A stretch of 64,000 bases of DNA, from the NCBI GenBank assembly GCA_030605795.1, contig JAUWHR010000045.1, positions 3,665 through 67,664 on the forward strand. The letters are read 5' to 3'. Below the pieces are notes generated by a model. That model did not search any database and had not been told where the DNA came from. It was given only the letters and a program-made list of their open reading frames with translations. The translations under genes were made by a program, and so were the position numbers. Position 1 is the first letter of the stretch. Each line of letters begins with the position of its first letter. Below are positions 9,557 to 19,852 of the stretch, piece by piece. This DNA comes from Anaerolineae bacterium. Lineage in GTDB: Bacteria > Chloroflexota > Anaerolineae > Anaerolineales > E44-bin32.

Positions 9557-9680
9557 GTTGTTCACTGGGCGGGTTTGTCTATGAACAACTGGGCAAGGCG
9601 CCCTTACCAGGCGAGGTGGTAGAGGTGGGTGGATCGCAGCTTGTGGTTGAGGAAGTAAGCGGTCGGCGTACCCGCGGTGT
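9553..9680 (+). pseudogene. Remnant of the C-terminal CorC_HlyC (transporter-associated) domain of a CBS/hemolysin-family gene
   Basis: The translation GGFVYEQLGKAPLPGEVVEVGGSQLVVEEVSGRRTRGV matches the extreme C-terminus of CorC/TlyC-type proteins. No upstream part exists, because the glmU stop abuts the fragment. Confidence 0.5.
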
Positions 9681-9700
9681 CGAAAGTCCTCCGACGGAGA

Positions 9701-10120
9701 ATGAGAGAAATGGAAATCACCACGCAACAGCGTAATGAACTTATCAACCGTGCTTTGGAAGCGCGTAGGTTTGCCTATGCACCGTACTCGGGATACACCG
9801 TTGGCGCGGCGCTGCTTTCGATATCGGGAGAGATCTACCATGGCGTAAATATCGAAAACGCTGCCTATCCCACCAGTATGTGCGCTGAGCGGACGGCGGT
9901 CTTCAAGGCGGTGTCAAACGGTGAACTTGCTTTCTCGGCCATCGCCATCGCTACCGAGAATGGCGGCTCACCCTGTGGCGCCTGTCGTCAGGTCCTTTCG
10001 GAGTTTGGGCTGGAGACATTGGTGCTGGTGGTTGATAACCAAGGGGAGGTAACTTTAGAGACGACAGTCGGCAACTTGTTACCGGAAGCTTTTAGTCCAT
10101 CGGATTTAACACGCGGATAA
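9701..10120 (+). CDS. cdd: Cytidine deaminase
   Basis: Zinc motifs CAERTA and PCGACRQ, and size typical of a homotetrameric Cdd. ATG 9701 is chosen within the tracked ORF 9677-10120; the start is uncertain. Confidence 0.85.
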   Translation: MREMEITTQQRNELINRALEARRFAYAPYSGYTVGAALLSISGEIYHGVNIENAAYPTSMCAERTAVFKAVSNGELAFSAIAIATENGGSPCGACRQVLSEFGLETLVLVVDNQGEVTLETTVGNLLPEAFSPSDLTRG

Positions 10121-10175
10121 TTGACCCCTTTTCCTCTCCAAGGTGGATATTACAGTTCAGGTTTGCTTGAAGTTA

Positions 10176-10204
10176 GGGGCGTTCAATTGAACGCCCCGAT
10201 TTTG
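10176..10204 (+). terminator. Rho-independent terminator after cdd
   Basis: GGGGCGTTCA-AT-TGAACGCCCC perfect stem followed by GATTTTG. Confidence 0.7.
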
Positions 10205-10316
10205 CGCCTTAATCGTCTCTTGCGCTAACCGACGACCGGGTTCATTGCAGAATGCATTGATCATATCGGTCAAATCGTTGAACTTTTGTTACGACGAAAT
10301 TCCATAATGTGACTGC

Positions 10317-10422
10317 ACTGAAAAATACCCAGCGCGAGAAGGGGAATGGTATGAGTGGGGAGTGGGCTTTGCCAACACCTCACATATATCACCTTTTCCT
10401 GCTGGCGGTTGTTGCTTTCAGT
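10317..10422 (+). repeat. Long-hairpin intergenic repeat, copy 1
   Basis: Shares CACTGAAAAA...GGGAATGGTAT..GTGGGCTTTGCC..CACATATA..TTTCCTGCTGGCGG..TTTCAGT with the copies at 22005, 27746 and 42866. Folds into one extended imperfect hairpin. Confidence 0.85.
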
Positions 10423-10553
10423 AGAATCATGACATCGATTGGTGAAGATCACAGCAGGGGCGGCTGCTTATGACGCCCCCGCTGTATATCCGGTGGGTTA
10501 AGCATCCAGAACATATTACTTATCAGTGCTGGAAAGATGGGTGATAGAGACTT

Positions 10554-12146
10554 TCACTCTATGTCGATTTTATCAGTGAGGTCCATGAACATGTATGGCC
10601 TCCGGTATTCGGAATAATAAATCTTGTCCGGTAGCAACTCATAGCCGCCGCCGAAGTAATGATTGAAAACCACCCTGAAGGAGTTCACCGGTGTGATTGT
10701 GGGATATAACAGCGTTGCGCCAGCATCGGGCAGATAATAGGCGTTCAGAATCGTCATCCGCTGCTGAACATATGAGACGGTAGAGCTCTTTCCATCTGGG
10801 CCATGGTCGGACTGGAGAATGATGATTGGAGGGGTTTTTGATTTCGTCAGGATGGCGTCAATCACCTCCTGCAATCGACTGTTGATATAGATCAACTGCT
10901 CTCGGTAACCTTCAAGGTATTTCTCTGCGCTCTCCGGTTCGTCGCTGGCAAATGTGAACCCTAGTGTGAAAGTCTGATCTGGTATCAAAAGCTGGCCATT
11001 CCGGCCAAAGACAAACGGCGGGTGGGGTGAGATGATGTGAGCGAATACAAATTTAGGCCCCTCGAGATCGGGCAGTTCTTCCAGATGTTCAAAGATGTTG
11101 AGAATCTTGGACTGGTGTAGACGGTAGGGGTATTTCAGGTCTGGAAAGAAGCGTGGAAGAGCGACCGATGTATCGGTAAGGATCAGACCGGCAGAGGTTC
11201 GGATCAGCATCCCCTCGAAGGAATTGGCTGCGCCCAGCCTGACAAGTTCGTCCGCCGACCCGGCGTTGAAGTAGATGTCGGCGTCCAGGATTTCGGTTCC
11301 GCGCAGCCCTGTAGAAAATGCTACGCTCTTGTAGCCGAGGTCTTCAAAGTTCCTGTGGGTTTGACTGTGTTGCAACAAGTTCCATAGTTGGGCGCGGTTG
11401 GTGCTTTCCGTATCGACTTCGTTGATCAGGTTCTGTATGTAATCGAAGTTTAAAGATGAGGTTATGGATAGAGATGACTGTGCATAGTTGGATCGACTGC
11501 CATCGGCAATGTAGAAACCCGCATTCGTAAGGTACTCGATGAAAGGTGTGTTGTCGTAGTGGAAGACCTCTTCGAGGATGTCGGCCCTGGCGTATGCGTC
11601 GACGATGATGTAGTAGACGTCTGGTGGTTCCTCACCCTCCGGGATGCTGAGTTGATTGCTTGGATCGTGTTGGACTGCCGTCACCGGCGACAGGTTGGTG
11701 GTAAATTGAAACTGGTAGGCGGCTATTGTGTAAAGGGGGAGGATGAGGGATGCGATCGCCACGACGTTCAGGAAGGAATTGGCGATCTGGAGCCTTGCTC
11801 GCGTTCGTAGGATCCACCAACTACCCGCGACGGTTAGCGTGATCCACAGCGGGATCAGGTAACGGTGGCGCCCGATGGCAAAACCCAGGTCGACGGATCG
11901 CAGGAGCGAGTAGACATGGCCGTAGGAGAAGAAGGACAACACGAAGAGCGTAAAAATCAGGCTGGCTTTGTCCCAGTATTTGATGAGCAACCTTATGGAG
12001 AGCAGGAGTATGACGGTGCTGATGAGCACGACCAGTAGCGATCTCACTGCATCCGATACAGGGATCCAGTTGATATTGTGTGCCAGGAGGGCGAGGACTG
12101 GATAGACAGCAAATAACAGGGGATGAACAATAAGAATTCGTTTCAT
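10554..12146 (-). CDS. Membrane-anchored sulfatase / LTA-synthase-like (alkaline-phosphatase superfamily) protein
   Basis: 530 aa. About 5 N-terminal TM helices are followed by an extracytoplasmic domain with PDVYYIIVDAYARAD (the metal-binding D-x-x motif context) and ILQSDHGP. Confidence 0.7.
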   Translation of the reverse strand: MKRILIVHPLLFAVYPVLALLAHNINWIPVSDAVRSLLVVLISTVILLLSIRLLIKYWDKASLIFTLFVLSFFSYGHVYSLLRSVDLGFAIGRHRYLIPLWITLTVAGSWWILRTRARLQIANSFLNVVAIASLILPLYTIAAYQFQFTTNLSPVTAVQHDPSNQLSIPEGEEPPDVYYIIVDAYARADILEEVFHYDNTPFIEYLTNAGFYIADGSRSNYAQSSLSITSSLNFDYIQNLINEVDTESTNRAQLWNLLQHSQTHRNFEDLGYKSVAFSTGLRGTEILDADIYFNAGSADELVRLGAANSFEGMLIRTSAGLILTDTSVALPRFFPDLKYPYRLHQSKILNIFEHLEELPDLEGPKFVFAHIISPHPPFVFGRNGQLLIPDQTFTLGFTFASDEPESAEKYLEGYREQLIYINSRLQEVIDAILTKSKTPPIIILQSDHGPDGKSSTVSYVQQRMTILNAYYLPDAGATLLYPTITPVNSFRVVFNHYFGGGYELLPDKIYYSEYRRPYMFMDLTDKIDIE

Positions 12147-12367
12147 TTTTTATAGTTTTGGGTTATTTGAGGCAATTTTACTGGATTTGGATTGGAATTT
12201 CATTGATACTTCATCCTTGGTTGTCGTTCTCGTCGGTTATTTAGATGCGGTCATATTTTATAGCATTCACAGAAACAAGACAAAATAAGGATTATGTCTG
12301 GGCTAGACTGTCCTGCATCATCGTACCCTACATCCTGCGCTTGTACCAGCACTGGTATAATCCCAGC

Positions 12368-13162
12368 ATGTCCTCCCGAGAACGAGTATATCGCACCGAG
12401 GCGGTTGTGTTGCGTCGGCAGGATCTGGGTGAGGCGGATCGCCTGCTGGCGGTCTACTCCTTGGATCGCGGTAAACTACGCCTGATAGCCAAGGGGGTGC
12501 GACGCCCGCGCTCACGTAAGGCAGGTCACTTGGAGCCATTCACCCGGGTGCAATTACTGTTGGCGCGCGGCCGCGAATTGGATATCATCACCCAGGCTGA
12601 AGCGATCGAGATGTACTCTGGTGTGCGAGAAGACTTGATTCACCTCGGTCAGGCAGCGTATGTAGTCGAACTATTGGACCGTTTCACCGTCGAGCGCGAG
12701 GCGAATCAGGCGCTGTATCACCTGCTGGTCCGCACGCTTGAGCGCCTAGTCGCAGGTGTGGAGCCGACAGCGGTCATCCGTTACTATGAATTACGACTGC
12801 TTGATCAGATTGGCTACCGCCCTGAATTGTACCGCTGCTTAGGTTGTGGTGCTGAGGTGCGTCCCCAGGATCAGTTCTTCTCACCGGCTGAGGGTGGAGT
12901 ACTCTGTCCTGACTGCGGTCCGGGACGAAAGGATGCTCAGCGCATCTCTCTCGCCGCGCTCAAGGTTTTGCGTCATTACCAACGCAGCACCTTTGATGTC
13001 GCGACATCGGCGCGGATACGACCGCAGGTCTTCGCCGAAATCGAACAGGTGATGGAGGACTATATGAGTTATCTCCTGGAGCGTAAACTAAATACCCCTG
13101 CATTTCTTCGGCGTGTGCGTCGGATGATGCATGAGAGACTCAAGCCTGACACCGTTGTCTAA
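12368..13162 (+). CDS. recO: DNA repair protein RecO
   Basis: N-terminal OB-fold pattern [21 protein letters not shown]...GKLRLIAKG. Zinc-finger CLGCG...CPDCG. ATG 12368 is preferred over the tracked start at 12245. Confidence 0.85.
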   Translation: MSSRERVYRTEAVVLRRQDLGEADRLLAVYSLDRGKLRLIAKGVRRPRSRKAGHLEPFTRVQLLLARGRELDIITQAEAIEMYSGVREDLIHLGQAAYVVELLDRFTVEREANQALYHLLVRTLERLVAGVEPTAVIRYYELRLLDQIGYRPELYRCLGCGAEVRPQDQFFSPAEGGVLCPDCGPGRKDAQRISLAALKVLRHYQRSTFDVATSARIRPQVFAEIEQVMEDYMSYLLERKLNTPAFLRRVRRMMHERLKPDTVV

Positions 13163-13184
13163 AAGAATACCTGAGGGATTGATC

Positions 13185-16184
13185 TTGTCAAAAAAGCCAC
13201 TAATCACTCTGCAATCCGTGATCCTGACACTGCAGCAATATTGGGCTGACCAGGGTTGCGTGATCTGGCAACCATACCACACGGAAGTCGGGGCTGGAAC
13301 TATGAACCCGGCGACCTTTCTACGTGTCCTCGGTCCGGAACCATGGTGGGTGGCTTATGTTGAACCCTCCATCCGACCCACCGACGGCCGTTATGGTGAG
13401 AACCCCAACCGGTGGCAACATTTTTACCAGTTTCAGGTGATCTTGAAGCCAGATCCAGGTGACCCGCAGGAACGCTATCTTAAATCGCTGGTGGCGCTTG
13501 GTATCGATCCTAGCGAGCACGACATCCGTTTTGTAGAAGACAACTGGGTAGCCCCAGCGCTGGGCGCCTGGGGTTTAGGCTGGGAGGTCTGGCTGGATGG
13601 GCAGGAGATCACTCAGTTCACTTATTTTCAGCAAGCAGGCGGACAGACGCTCGACCCGGTATCGGTTGAGATAACCTACGGTCTGGAACGAATCTTGCTA
13701 GCTGTACAGGGGGTGGATAGCTTTATCGACATCCAGTGGAACGAGCAACTCACCTATGGCGACATTTATTTAAAGGCTGAGCAAGAGCACAGCCGTTACA
13801 ATTTTGAGGTGGCAGATATCGAGCGGCTACGGGTTATGTATGACGAGTTTGAGGCGGAAGCTGAGGGTTGCTTGGCAGCTGATTTAGTGCTTCCTGCGCA
13901 TGATTACGTTCTTAAATGCTCCCACACCTTCAATCTTCTCAACGCACGCGGCGCGGTTGGGGTCACCGAGCGAGCCGCTCTCTTCGGTCGCATGCGGGAT
14001 CTGGCACGACAGGTTGCCGAAGCTTACCTGGCCGAGCGTGAAGCGTTGGGATATCCATGGCGAGAATATTGGCAAATCTTTACGCCCGAGTTGCCTCAGG
14101 TGCGTGAGGAAATCCCGCCTCCCGAAGCACCGGCACCCTTCCTGTTGGAAATCGGCACCGAAGAGCTGCCGGCGGGTGATCTAGACACTGCTTTGGAGCA
14201 GTTGCCCAAGCTGGTTGATCAGATGCTGGTTGATAGCCGGCTTGATCATGGGCAGGTTCGGGTAATGGGCACCCTACGAAGGCTGGTGGTCTATGTTGAT
14301 GACCTAGCTCCTATGCAGACAGAGCAGGTAACGCTGGTGAAGGGGCCACCGGCTGATCGCGCCTTCGACGACGAGGGTAATCCCACGCCTGCGGCGGAAG
14401 GCTTTGCTCGTAGCAAAGGGGTCTCGGTGGAAGAGCTGGAGGTAATTGAGCAGGATGGTGGACGGTATGTAGTAGCCGAGGTCCGCCAGCCAAGTCTGCC
14501 GGCCGATGAGGTGTTGTGCGAGATGCTTTCCGCCTTAATCGCCAATGTGGTTTTTGAGAAATCCATGCGATGGAATCAGACCGGAGTGATCTTTTCCCGC
14601 CCGATCCGGTGGCTTCTGGCGCTCCACGGGGAGCATGTTGTTCCATTTGAGTATGCTGGGCTGAGGACTGGTCGTACTACGCGTACCCTTCGCTTTGATG
14701 ATTCTGAGATGCAGAACGTAGCCAACCCGGAGGCTTATTTCGAGGCACTTGAGGGGAGGGGGATCCTGTTGGAGGTCGAGGTGCGCAAGGCGTCGATTGA
14801 GGAGCAGATTGCGCAATTGGCCAAGGAGGTCGGGGGTGAGGTGCCCGGCGACCCGAGGTTGCTAGCTGAAGTTGCCAACTTGGTCGAGAAACCGACCGCG
14901 CTGCGGGGGAGTTTTGATAAGACCTTTCTCGACCTGCCGGGGCAAGTATTGATCTCGGTGATGAAAAAGCACCAGCGTTGCTTCCCAGTACAGCGGGATG
15001 GCGAGTTACTTCCATATTTTATCGCCGTGCGTAATGGCGGAGCAGAGCATCTGGAGGTGGTGACCCGGGGCAACGAGCATGTCATCCGGGCTCGTTTTGT
15101 AGACGCGGTTTATTTCATTGATCGTGACTTACAGCAGCCATTGGAATCCTATCTGCCTAGGCTAGCCACAATGACCTTTCAGGCCAGTCTGGGCTCGATG
15201 CTGGATAAGGTCGAGCGGGTCGAGCATTTGACTGCAATCCTGGCGGATGATTTAGGTTTGAGCCCTCAGGAAAAGCAGTTCGCCCTACGAGCGGCGCACT
15301 TATCGAAGGCTGATTTGGCGACGCAGATGGTCGTCGAGATGACCTCCCTGCAAGGGGAGATGGGTCGTGAGTACGCGCAGCGATCGGGTGAACCGAGTGA
15401 GGTAGCCGAGGCGATCTTTGAGCATCATCTTCCTCGTTTCGCAGGGGATCGTCTCCCTCAATCCCAACCGGGGTTGGTGGTCGGTGTAGCGGATCGATTG
15501 GATACATTGATGGGGCTATTTGCCGCTGGGTTGCGATCGACCGGCGCCGGTGATCCGTTTGCCATGCGCCGGGTTGCGATTGGCTTGGTGCAGATGCTCA
15601 TAACAAAGAGTATTCGTTTTGACTTGCGCTATGGGTTGAAGCAAGCCGCGGTGGGTTTACCAATCGAAGCGGCGAATGATTCGGCGGAAGCATGCCTGAG
15701 GTTCATCGTCGCCCGACAGCAAGCTCACCTGCTGAGCGAGAGCTATCGGTACGATGTGGTTGAAGCTATTCTGGCTGAGCAGGGTCACGACCCGGCTGGC
15801 GCCGCGCAAGCCGTGGAAGCCCTCCAGCAGTGGGTGGAGCGGGATGATTGGCCTGAAACCCTCCAGGCTTATGCCCGTTGCGTTCGGATCACACGTGACG
15901 AGACCGTAGTACATACTCTTGACCCCGACCGTTTGGTTGAGGGGGAAGAACGGCATTTGTATGCTGCGCTTCAAGCGGCTGAGGGCACATCATGTACCTC
16001 GGGATCGATAGATGATTTCGTCTCCACCTTTCGGCTCATGATCCCCGCGATTAGTACTTTTTTTGATGAGGTCTTGGTTATGGATGAGGATCAGAACCTT
16101 CGCGCCAATAGGTTGGGATTATTGCAGCGAATTGCTGCTTTAAGTGGTGGGGTAGCTGACCTATCGAAGTTAGAAGGTTTCTAG
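13185..16184 (+). CDS. glyQS: Glycine--tRNA ligase, fused alpha+beta chain
   Basis: The alpha part reads [51 protein letters not shown]. It continues in frame into a ~700-aa GlyS-like beta part. TTG 13185 sits 6 nt after GAGGGA; the tracked ATG 13131 would overlap recO. Confidence 0.9.
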   Translation: MSKKPLITLQSVILTLQQYWADQGCVIWQPYHTEVGAGTMNPATFLRVLGPEPWWVAYVEPSIRPTDGRYGENPNRWQHFYQFQVILKPDPGDPQERYLKSLVALGIDPSEHDIRFVEDNWVAPALGAWGLGWEVWLDGQEITQFTYFQQAGGQTLDPVSVEITYGLERILLAVQGVDSFIDIQWNEQLTYGDIYLKAEQEHSRYNFEVADIERLRVMYDEFEAEAEGCLAADLVLPAHDYVLKCSHTFNLLNARGAVGVTERAALFGRMRDLARQVAEAYLAEREALGYPWREYWQIFTPELPQVREEIPPPEAPAPFLLEIGTEELPAGDLDTALEQLPKLVDQMLVDSRLDHGQVRVMGTLRRLVVYVDDLAPMQTEQVTLVKGPPADRAFDDEGNPTPAAEGFARSKGVSVEELEVIEQDGGRYVVAEVRQPSLPADEVLCEMLSALIANVVFEKSMRWNQTGVIFSRPIRWLLALHGEHVVPFEYAGLRTGRTTRTLRFDDSEMQNVANPEAYFEALEGRGILLEVEVRKASIEEQIAQLAKEVGGEVPGDPRLLAEVANLVEKPTALRGSFDKTFLDLPGQVLISVMKKHQRCFPVQRDGELLPYFIAVRNGGAEHLEVVTRGNEHVIRARFVDAVYFIDRDLQQPLESYLPRLATMTFQASLGSMLDKVERVEHLTAILADDLGLSPQEKQFALRAAHLSKADLATQMVVEMTSLQGEMGREYAQRSGEPSEVAEAIFEHHLPRFAGDRLPQSQPGLVVGVADRLDTLMGLFAAGLRSTGAGDPFAMRRVAIGLVQMLITKSIRFDLRYGLKQAAVGLPIEAANDSAEACLRFIVARQQAHLLSESYRYDVVEAILAEQGHDPAGAAQAVEALQQWVERDDWPETLQAYARCVRITRDETVVHTLDPDRLVEGEERHLYAALQAAEGTSCTSGSIDDFVSTFRLMIPAISTFFDEVLVMDEDQNLRANRLGLLQRIAALSGGVADLSKLEGF

Positions 16185-16312
16185 GTTGTTAGTTGATCGG
16201 TGCAGTGCTAAAGAGCAGAGCGACAGGAGTTGCTCCAGATATAGCCGGGGGCTATAATCTACCCCCCCCACATGTGATCAGCCATCACAGACTCGTTCTC
16301 AACCGGCAAAGG

Positions 16313-18265
16313 ATGGCAGCAAGACCGATGAGCGTGATAGATGAGGTCAAGGATCGAATCGACATCGTCGAGGTAATTGGCGAGTCGGTCAAACTACGGA
16401 AATCGGGCAAAAATTACTCAGGCTTTTGTCCTTTCCACCCCAATACACGCACCCCAGCCTTCGCCGTCTTCCCCGAGAGCGGTACCTGGCGTTGCTTTGG
16501 CGCCTGCAACGAAGGTGGAGACGTTTTTAGTTTCTTAATGAAGAAAGAGGGATGGGATTTCTCCGAGGCGCTACGAATCCTGGCTGAACGGGCTGGGGTT
16601 GAACTCAGACCACATGGCTCCGCAGAGCAGGCGGTCGACGAAGCTCATCAGCGATTGCGTACATTATTAGAGGCTGTGATTCCTTTCTACCGACACAATC
16701 TGCTCCAGACGCCTGCAGGCGCTCCCGTGCTGGATTACCTACTAGCCCGAAATTTGAGCGAGCAAGCCCTGGAGAAGTTTGAAATTGGTTACGCCCCAAA
16801 CTCCTGGGACGCCACTTCGAGTTACCTAATGGACAAAGGTTATCGCCAGCAGGAGTTAAAAGACTCGGGGATGGTCTCGGAACGTGAGTCGGGTGGCGTC
16901 TACGACCGTTTTCGCCACCGGATAATGATCCCCATCCGTGACGTTAGGGGGCGGATGGCAGGGTTTGGGGCGAGAGTGGTCGACCCAGAGGATGTCCCAA
17001 AATTCCTGAACTCACCGCAAACCGCGCTGTTCGATAAAGGACGGATGTTATATGGCCTGGACAAGGCTCGTAAAGCGATCAGGACGGCTGATCAAGCGGT
17101 GATTGTTGAGGGATACATGGATGTGATAGCCCTGCACCAAGCTGGGTTCGCCAATGTGGTTTCACCCATGGGTACCGCGATCTCTGAGAGCCAATTGCGG
17201 TTGCTCAAACGCTATAGCCGCCGCATGGTCCTCGCCCTAGACGCGGACGCAGCTGGAAGTCGGGCCACCCTGCGCGGATTGACGGTGGCGCGTGAGACAC
17301 TTGAGCGACAGCCTGACCCGATATTTAATGCTCGCGGCCTGGTGCGCCACGAAGGTCGCATCGATGCAGATATCCGGGTTGTCACCCTTCCCGAGGGGGT
17401 TGATCCCGATGAAGTGGTGGCCCACGATCCGGCGGTTTGGACGGTCCTGATTGATGGCGCCCAGACGGTGGTCAACTACGTTTTAGAGGTCCTCACTGCT
17501 GATCATGATCTCGATGATCCAAAGGCCAAGTCGGAGATTGCTCGCCAAGTGTTACCGCTGATCGAGGATGTTGCGGACCCGGTTGAGAGGGAAACATACC
17601 GCCAGAATCTGGCCCGGCGGCTTAAGGTGGACGAACGGGCGCTGATAGCTTGGCGTCCTAGGTCTCCTAGGCGCCGACCTCGTCGGGACATTTCGACTGA
17701 GGCGCGAGTGGAAGGTGCAGTGAGCCAGCGGGTGGAATCCCCGATTGAGCGGTTCAGCTTAGGTGTATTGTTGTACGACCCAGAACTCCTTTACCGTGTT
17801 GATCGGAATCTGCAAGCGCTCTCTCTGGGGAGATTGTCACCCCAGGACTTTACCGGAACGGAGCATAAGGTTATTTTTCATGCTGTGCGGGAAGCGTTGG
17901 CCCAGGAAGAGGAAGAACCGGCCCGTCACTGGCGGAGTTGTATTGAGACGCCTCTGCTGGCATTGTCTGATTCCTTGCTAGCTGAAGTTATAGACTTCGA
18001 TTTCACCCAGCCCAGGGTAATCGAGGAGATCATGGCCAACTTTCTACGTCTACGAAAGCGCAAACTAGAGTTGACCTTGACCCATCTGAGGTTTCAACTT
18101 CAAGCGGTTCAGGAAGGCGAGTCTTTTGAGGAGGAACAAGAGGGAGATGTGTGGCATCACACGCGTGAAGTGCAACGCATTGCCTCTGAGAAGGACCGAT
18201 TGGATCGAGCCCTAGCTGGTCATGGTGGACCTAATCAAACGACACTGATCGCTGAGGGATGGTGA
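16313..18265 (+). CDS. dnaG: DNA primase
   Basis: Zinc-ribbon CPFHPNTRTPAF..W.CFGC, and a TOPRIM region (VIVEGYMDVIALHQAG...ALDADAAG). The start is 16313 or 16328. Confidence 0.9.
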   Translation: MAARPMSVIDEVKDRIDIVEVIGESVKLRKSGKNYSGFCPFHPNTRTPAFAVFPESGTWRCFGACNEGGDVFSFLMKKEGWDFSEALRILAERAGVELRPHGSAEQAVDEAHQRLRTLLEAVIPFYRHNLLQTPAGAPVLDYLLARNLSEQALEKFEIGYAPNSWDATSSYLMDKGYRQQELKDSGMVSERESGGVYDRFRHRIMIPIRDVRGRMAGFGARVVDPEDVPKFLNSPQTALFDKGRMLYGLDKARKAIRTADQAVIVEGYMDVIALHQAGFANVVSPMGTAISESQLRLLKRYSRRMVLALDADAAGSRATLRGLTVARETLERQPDPIFNARGLVRHEGRIDADIRVVTLPEGVDPDEVVAHDPAVWTVLIDGAQTVVNYVLEVLTADHDLDDPKAKSEIARQVLPLIEDVADPVERETYRQNLARRLKVDERALIAWRPRSPRRRPRRDISTEARVEGAVSQRVESPIERFSLGVLLYDPELLYRVDRNLQALSLGRLSPQDFTGTEHKVIFHAVREALAQEEEEPARHWRSCIETPLLALSDSLLAEVIDFDFTQPRVIEEIMANFLRLRKRKLELTLTHLRFQLQAVQEGESFEEEQEGDVWHHTREVQRIASEKDRLDRALAGHGGPNQTTLIAEGW

Positions 18266-18271
18266 GGAAGG

Positions 18272-19843
18272 ATGAGCAAACGTACGCCATCATCAGATGA
18301 ACATCCTCGAAAATTCGAGTTCGAACCTAAAGACAAACTACTGGTTAGTACAGAGGATGCGGTCGATGTGGTTGGGGGCAAATCCATCGAGATCGAACCT
18401 GACTTTGAGGAGTTGGTCACGCATATGAAAGGGGTAGCGGACGAGGGCCATGATGTTGAAGAGGTACCCCTGGTGATTGAGTTGAGTGATGACCCGGTCA
18501 GGTTGTATCTTAGGGAGATTGGACGTGTCAAGTTGCTCAACTCTGACCAGGAGATGTGGTTGGCTATCTGCATGGATGCTGCTCGTCGGTTGGAGTTGCT
18601 CGAGTCCGGACGCGCTTCTCGTCGAAAGTCTGCGGAAACAGCCATCGCTGTGCAGCAAGTGTTGTTTGACGATATGCGCACTGCATGGAAACGGGTTGTT
18701 GAAGATGCACGCAGGCTGCACCAGACAGTACCAGACCTAAGGCTCATTCTTGAAGAAGCCCGTCAACTCCGACAAACCTGGAGTATCGAAACCGTCTCCT
18801 ATCTGCGGACGTGGCTCGATAACGAGATGTGGGGGTCTGATCCAACCTGGGAACAGGTAGCCCGTAACGCGCTGGAAGTTTTCCTTGCGCTCTACTTGTT
18901 CCCGGTGGATGTACAGGGGCGTCTCTCTGAACGGATGGAGAACGGCAAGCGCCTACCCATCGGTAGAACCTTCAAACGTTGGTTGCCGGATCCGAAGGAA
19001 TTAAAAGCTGAGACGCGGATCATTGTTGATCGGGCTGATGAAGCGCAAGCGGCATTGATCCGGGCTAACCTGCGCCTGGTGGTTAGTGTGGCGAAGCGCT
19101 ACATGGGTCGAGGGATAGCTTTCTTGGACCTGATACAAGAGGGGAATATTGGCTTGCTACGGGCGGTTGAGAAATTCGATCCTGCAAAGGGCTATAAATT
19201 CAGCACCTATGCAACGTGGTGGATCCGTCAGGCGATTAGCCGGGCGATCGCCGACCAGGCCCGCACTATCCGTATTCCAGTGCATATGGTTGAAACAATC
19301 CATCGCTTGATGCGCGTTCAACGGCGGTTGGTTCAGGAGCTTGAACGTGATCCGACCTCTGAAGAGTTGGCTCTAGAGATGGAACTGCTCGAACCCGAAG
19401 AAATTGCGGCGATCAAATCACGAATTGAAAGCGAACCACTCAACCCGGACCTGGAGCGCAGGTGGCGCCGAGCCGCTGCTAGGGTACGTCGCATTATCCG
19501 CATCGCCCAGGAACCAATGTCGCTTGAAACTCCGGTGGGCGCAGAGGAATCCAGCCAATTAGGCGACTTTATTGAAGATGACACAATGCCTGAACCGGTG
19601 GACGCGGCTGCTCGAGAGTTGCTTAAAGAACAGGTTAAAAGCGCTCTATTGGTGCTTACCGAGCGCGAACGCCAGGTGCTTGAAATGCGCTTTGGGTTGC
19701 GAGACGGCAGGGACTACACACTGGAGGAGGTTGGTAGGCATTTCAAGGTCACTCGCGAGCGAATCCGCCAGATTGAGGCAAAGGCATTACGTAAGCTCCG
19801 TCATCCAACTCGTAGCCGTCACCTGCGAGATTACCTCTACTAA
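18272..19843 (+). CDS. rpoD: Primary RNA polymerase sigma factor (RpoD/SigA) with long N-terminal region
   Basis: Region 2 reads [50 protein letters not shown]. Region 4 reads [27 protein letters not shown]. Confidence 0.92.
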   Translation: MSKRTPSSDEHPRKFEFEPKDKLLVSTEDAVDVVGGKSIEIEPDFEELVTHMKGVADEGHDVEEVPLVIELSDDPVRLYLREIGRVKLLNSDQEMWLAICMDAARRLELLESGRASRRKSAETAIAVQQVLFDDMRTAWKRVVEDARRLHQTVPDLRLILEEARQLRQTWSIETVSYLRTWLDNEMWGSDPTWEQVARNALEVFLALYLFPVDVQGRLSERMENGKRLPIGRTFKRWLPDPKELKAETRIIVDRADEAQAALIRANLRLVVSVAKRYMGRGIAFLDLIQEGNIGLLRAVEKFDPAKGYKFSTYATWWIRQAISRAIADQARTIRIPVHMVETIHRLMRVQRRLVQELERDPTSEELALEMELLEPEEIAAIKSRIESEPLNPDLERRWRRAAARVRRIIRIAQEPMSLETPVGAEESSQLGDFIEDDTMPEPVDAAARELLKEQVKSALLVLTERERQVLEMRFGLRDGRDYTLEEVGRHFKVTRERIRQIEAKALRKLRHPTRSRHLRDYLY

Positions 19844-19852
19844 ATTCTTTCT

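Noticed and set aside
12245-12367. Upstream extensions of tracked ORFs. Examples are recO 12245, oppF-like 1878, acyP 22284, dnaG 16193, groES 35575, YgeW-like 45133, AOR 46456, glycerate kinase 52299 and amidinotransferase 54440.
   Set aside because: In each case an internal start has a better SD and/or matches where the family's conserved N-terminus begins. The extensions have no family similarity, or they overlap the upstream gene.
13131-13184. A T-box leader upstream of glyQS
   Set aside because: recO ends at 13162, so there is no room for a ~200-nt T-box. No specifier or T-box sequence was seen.
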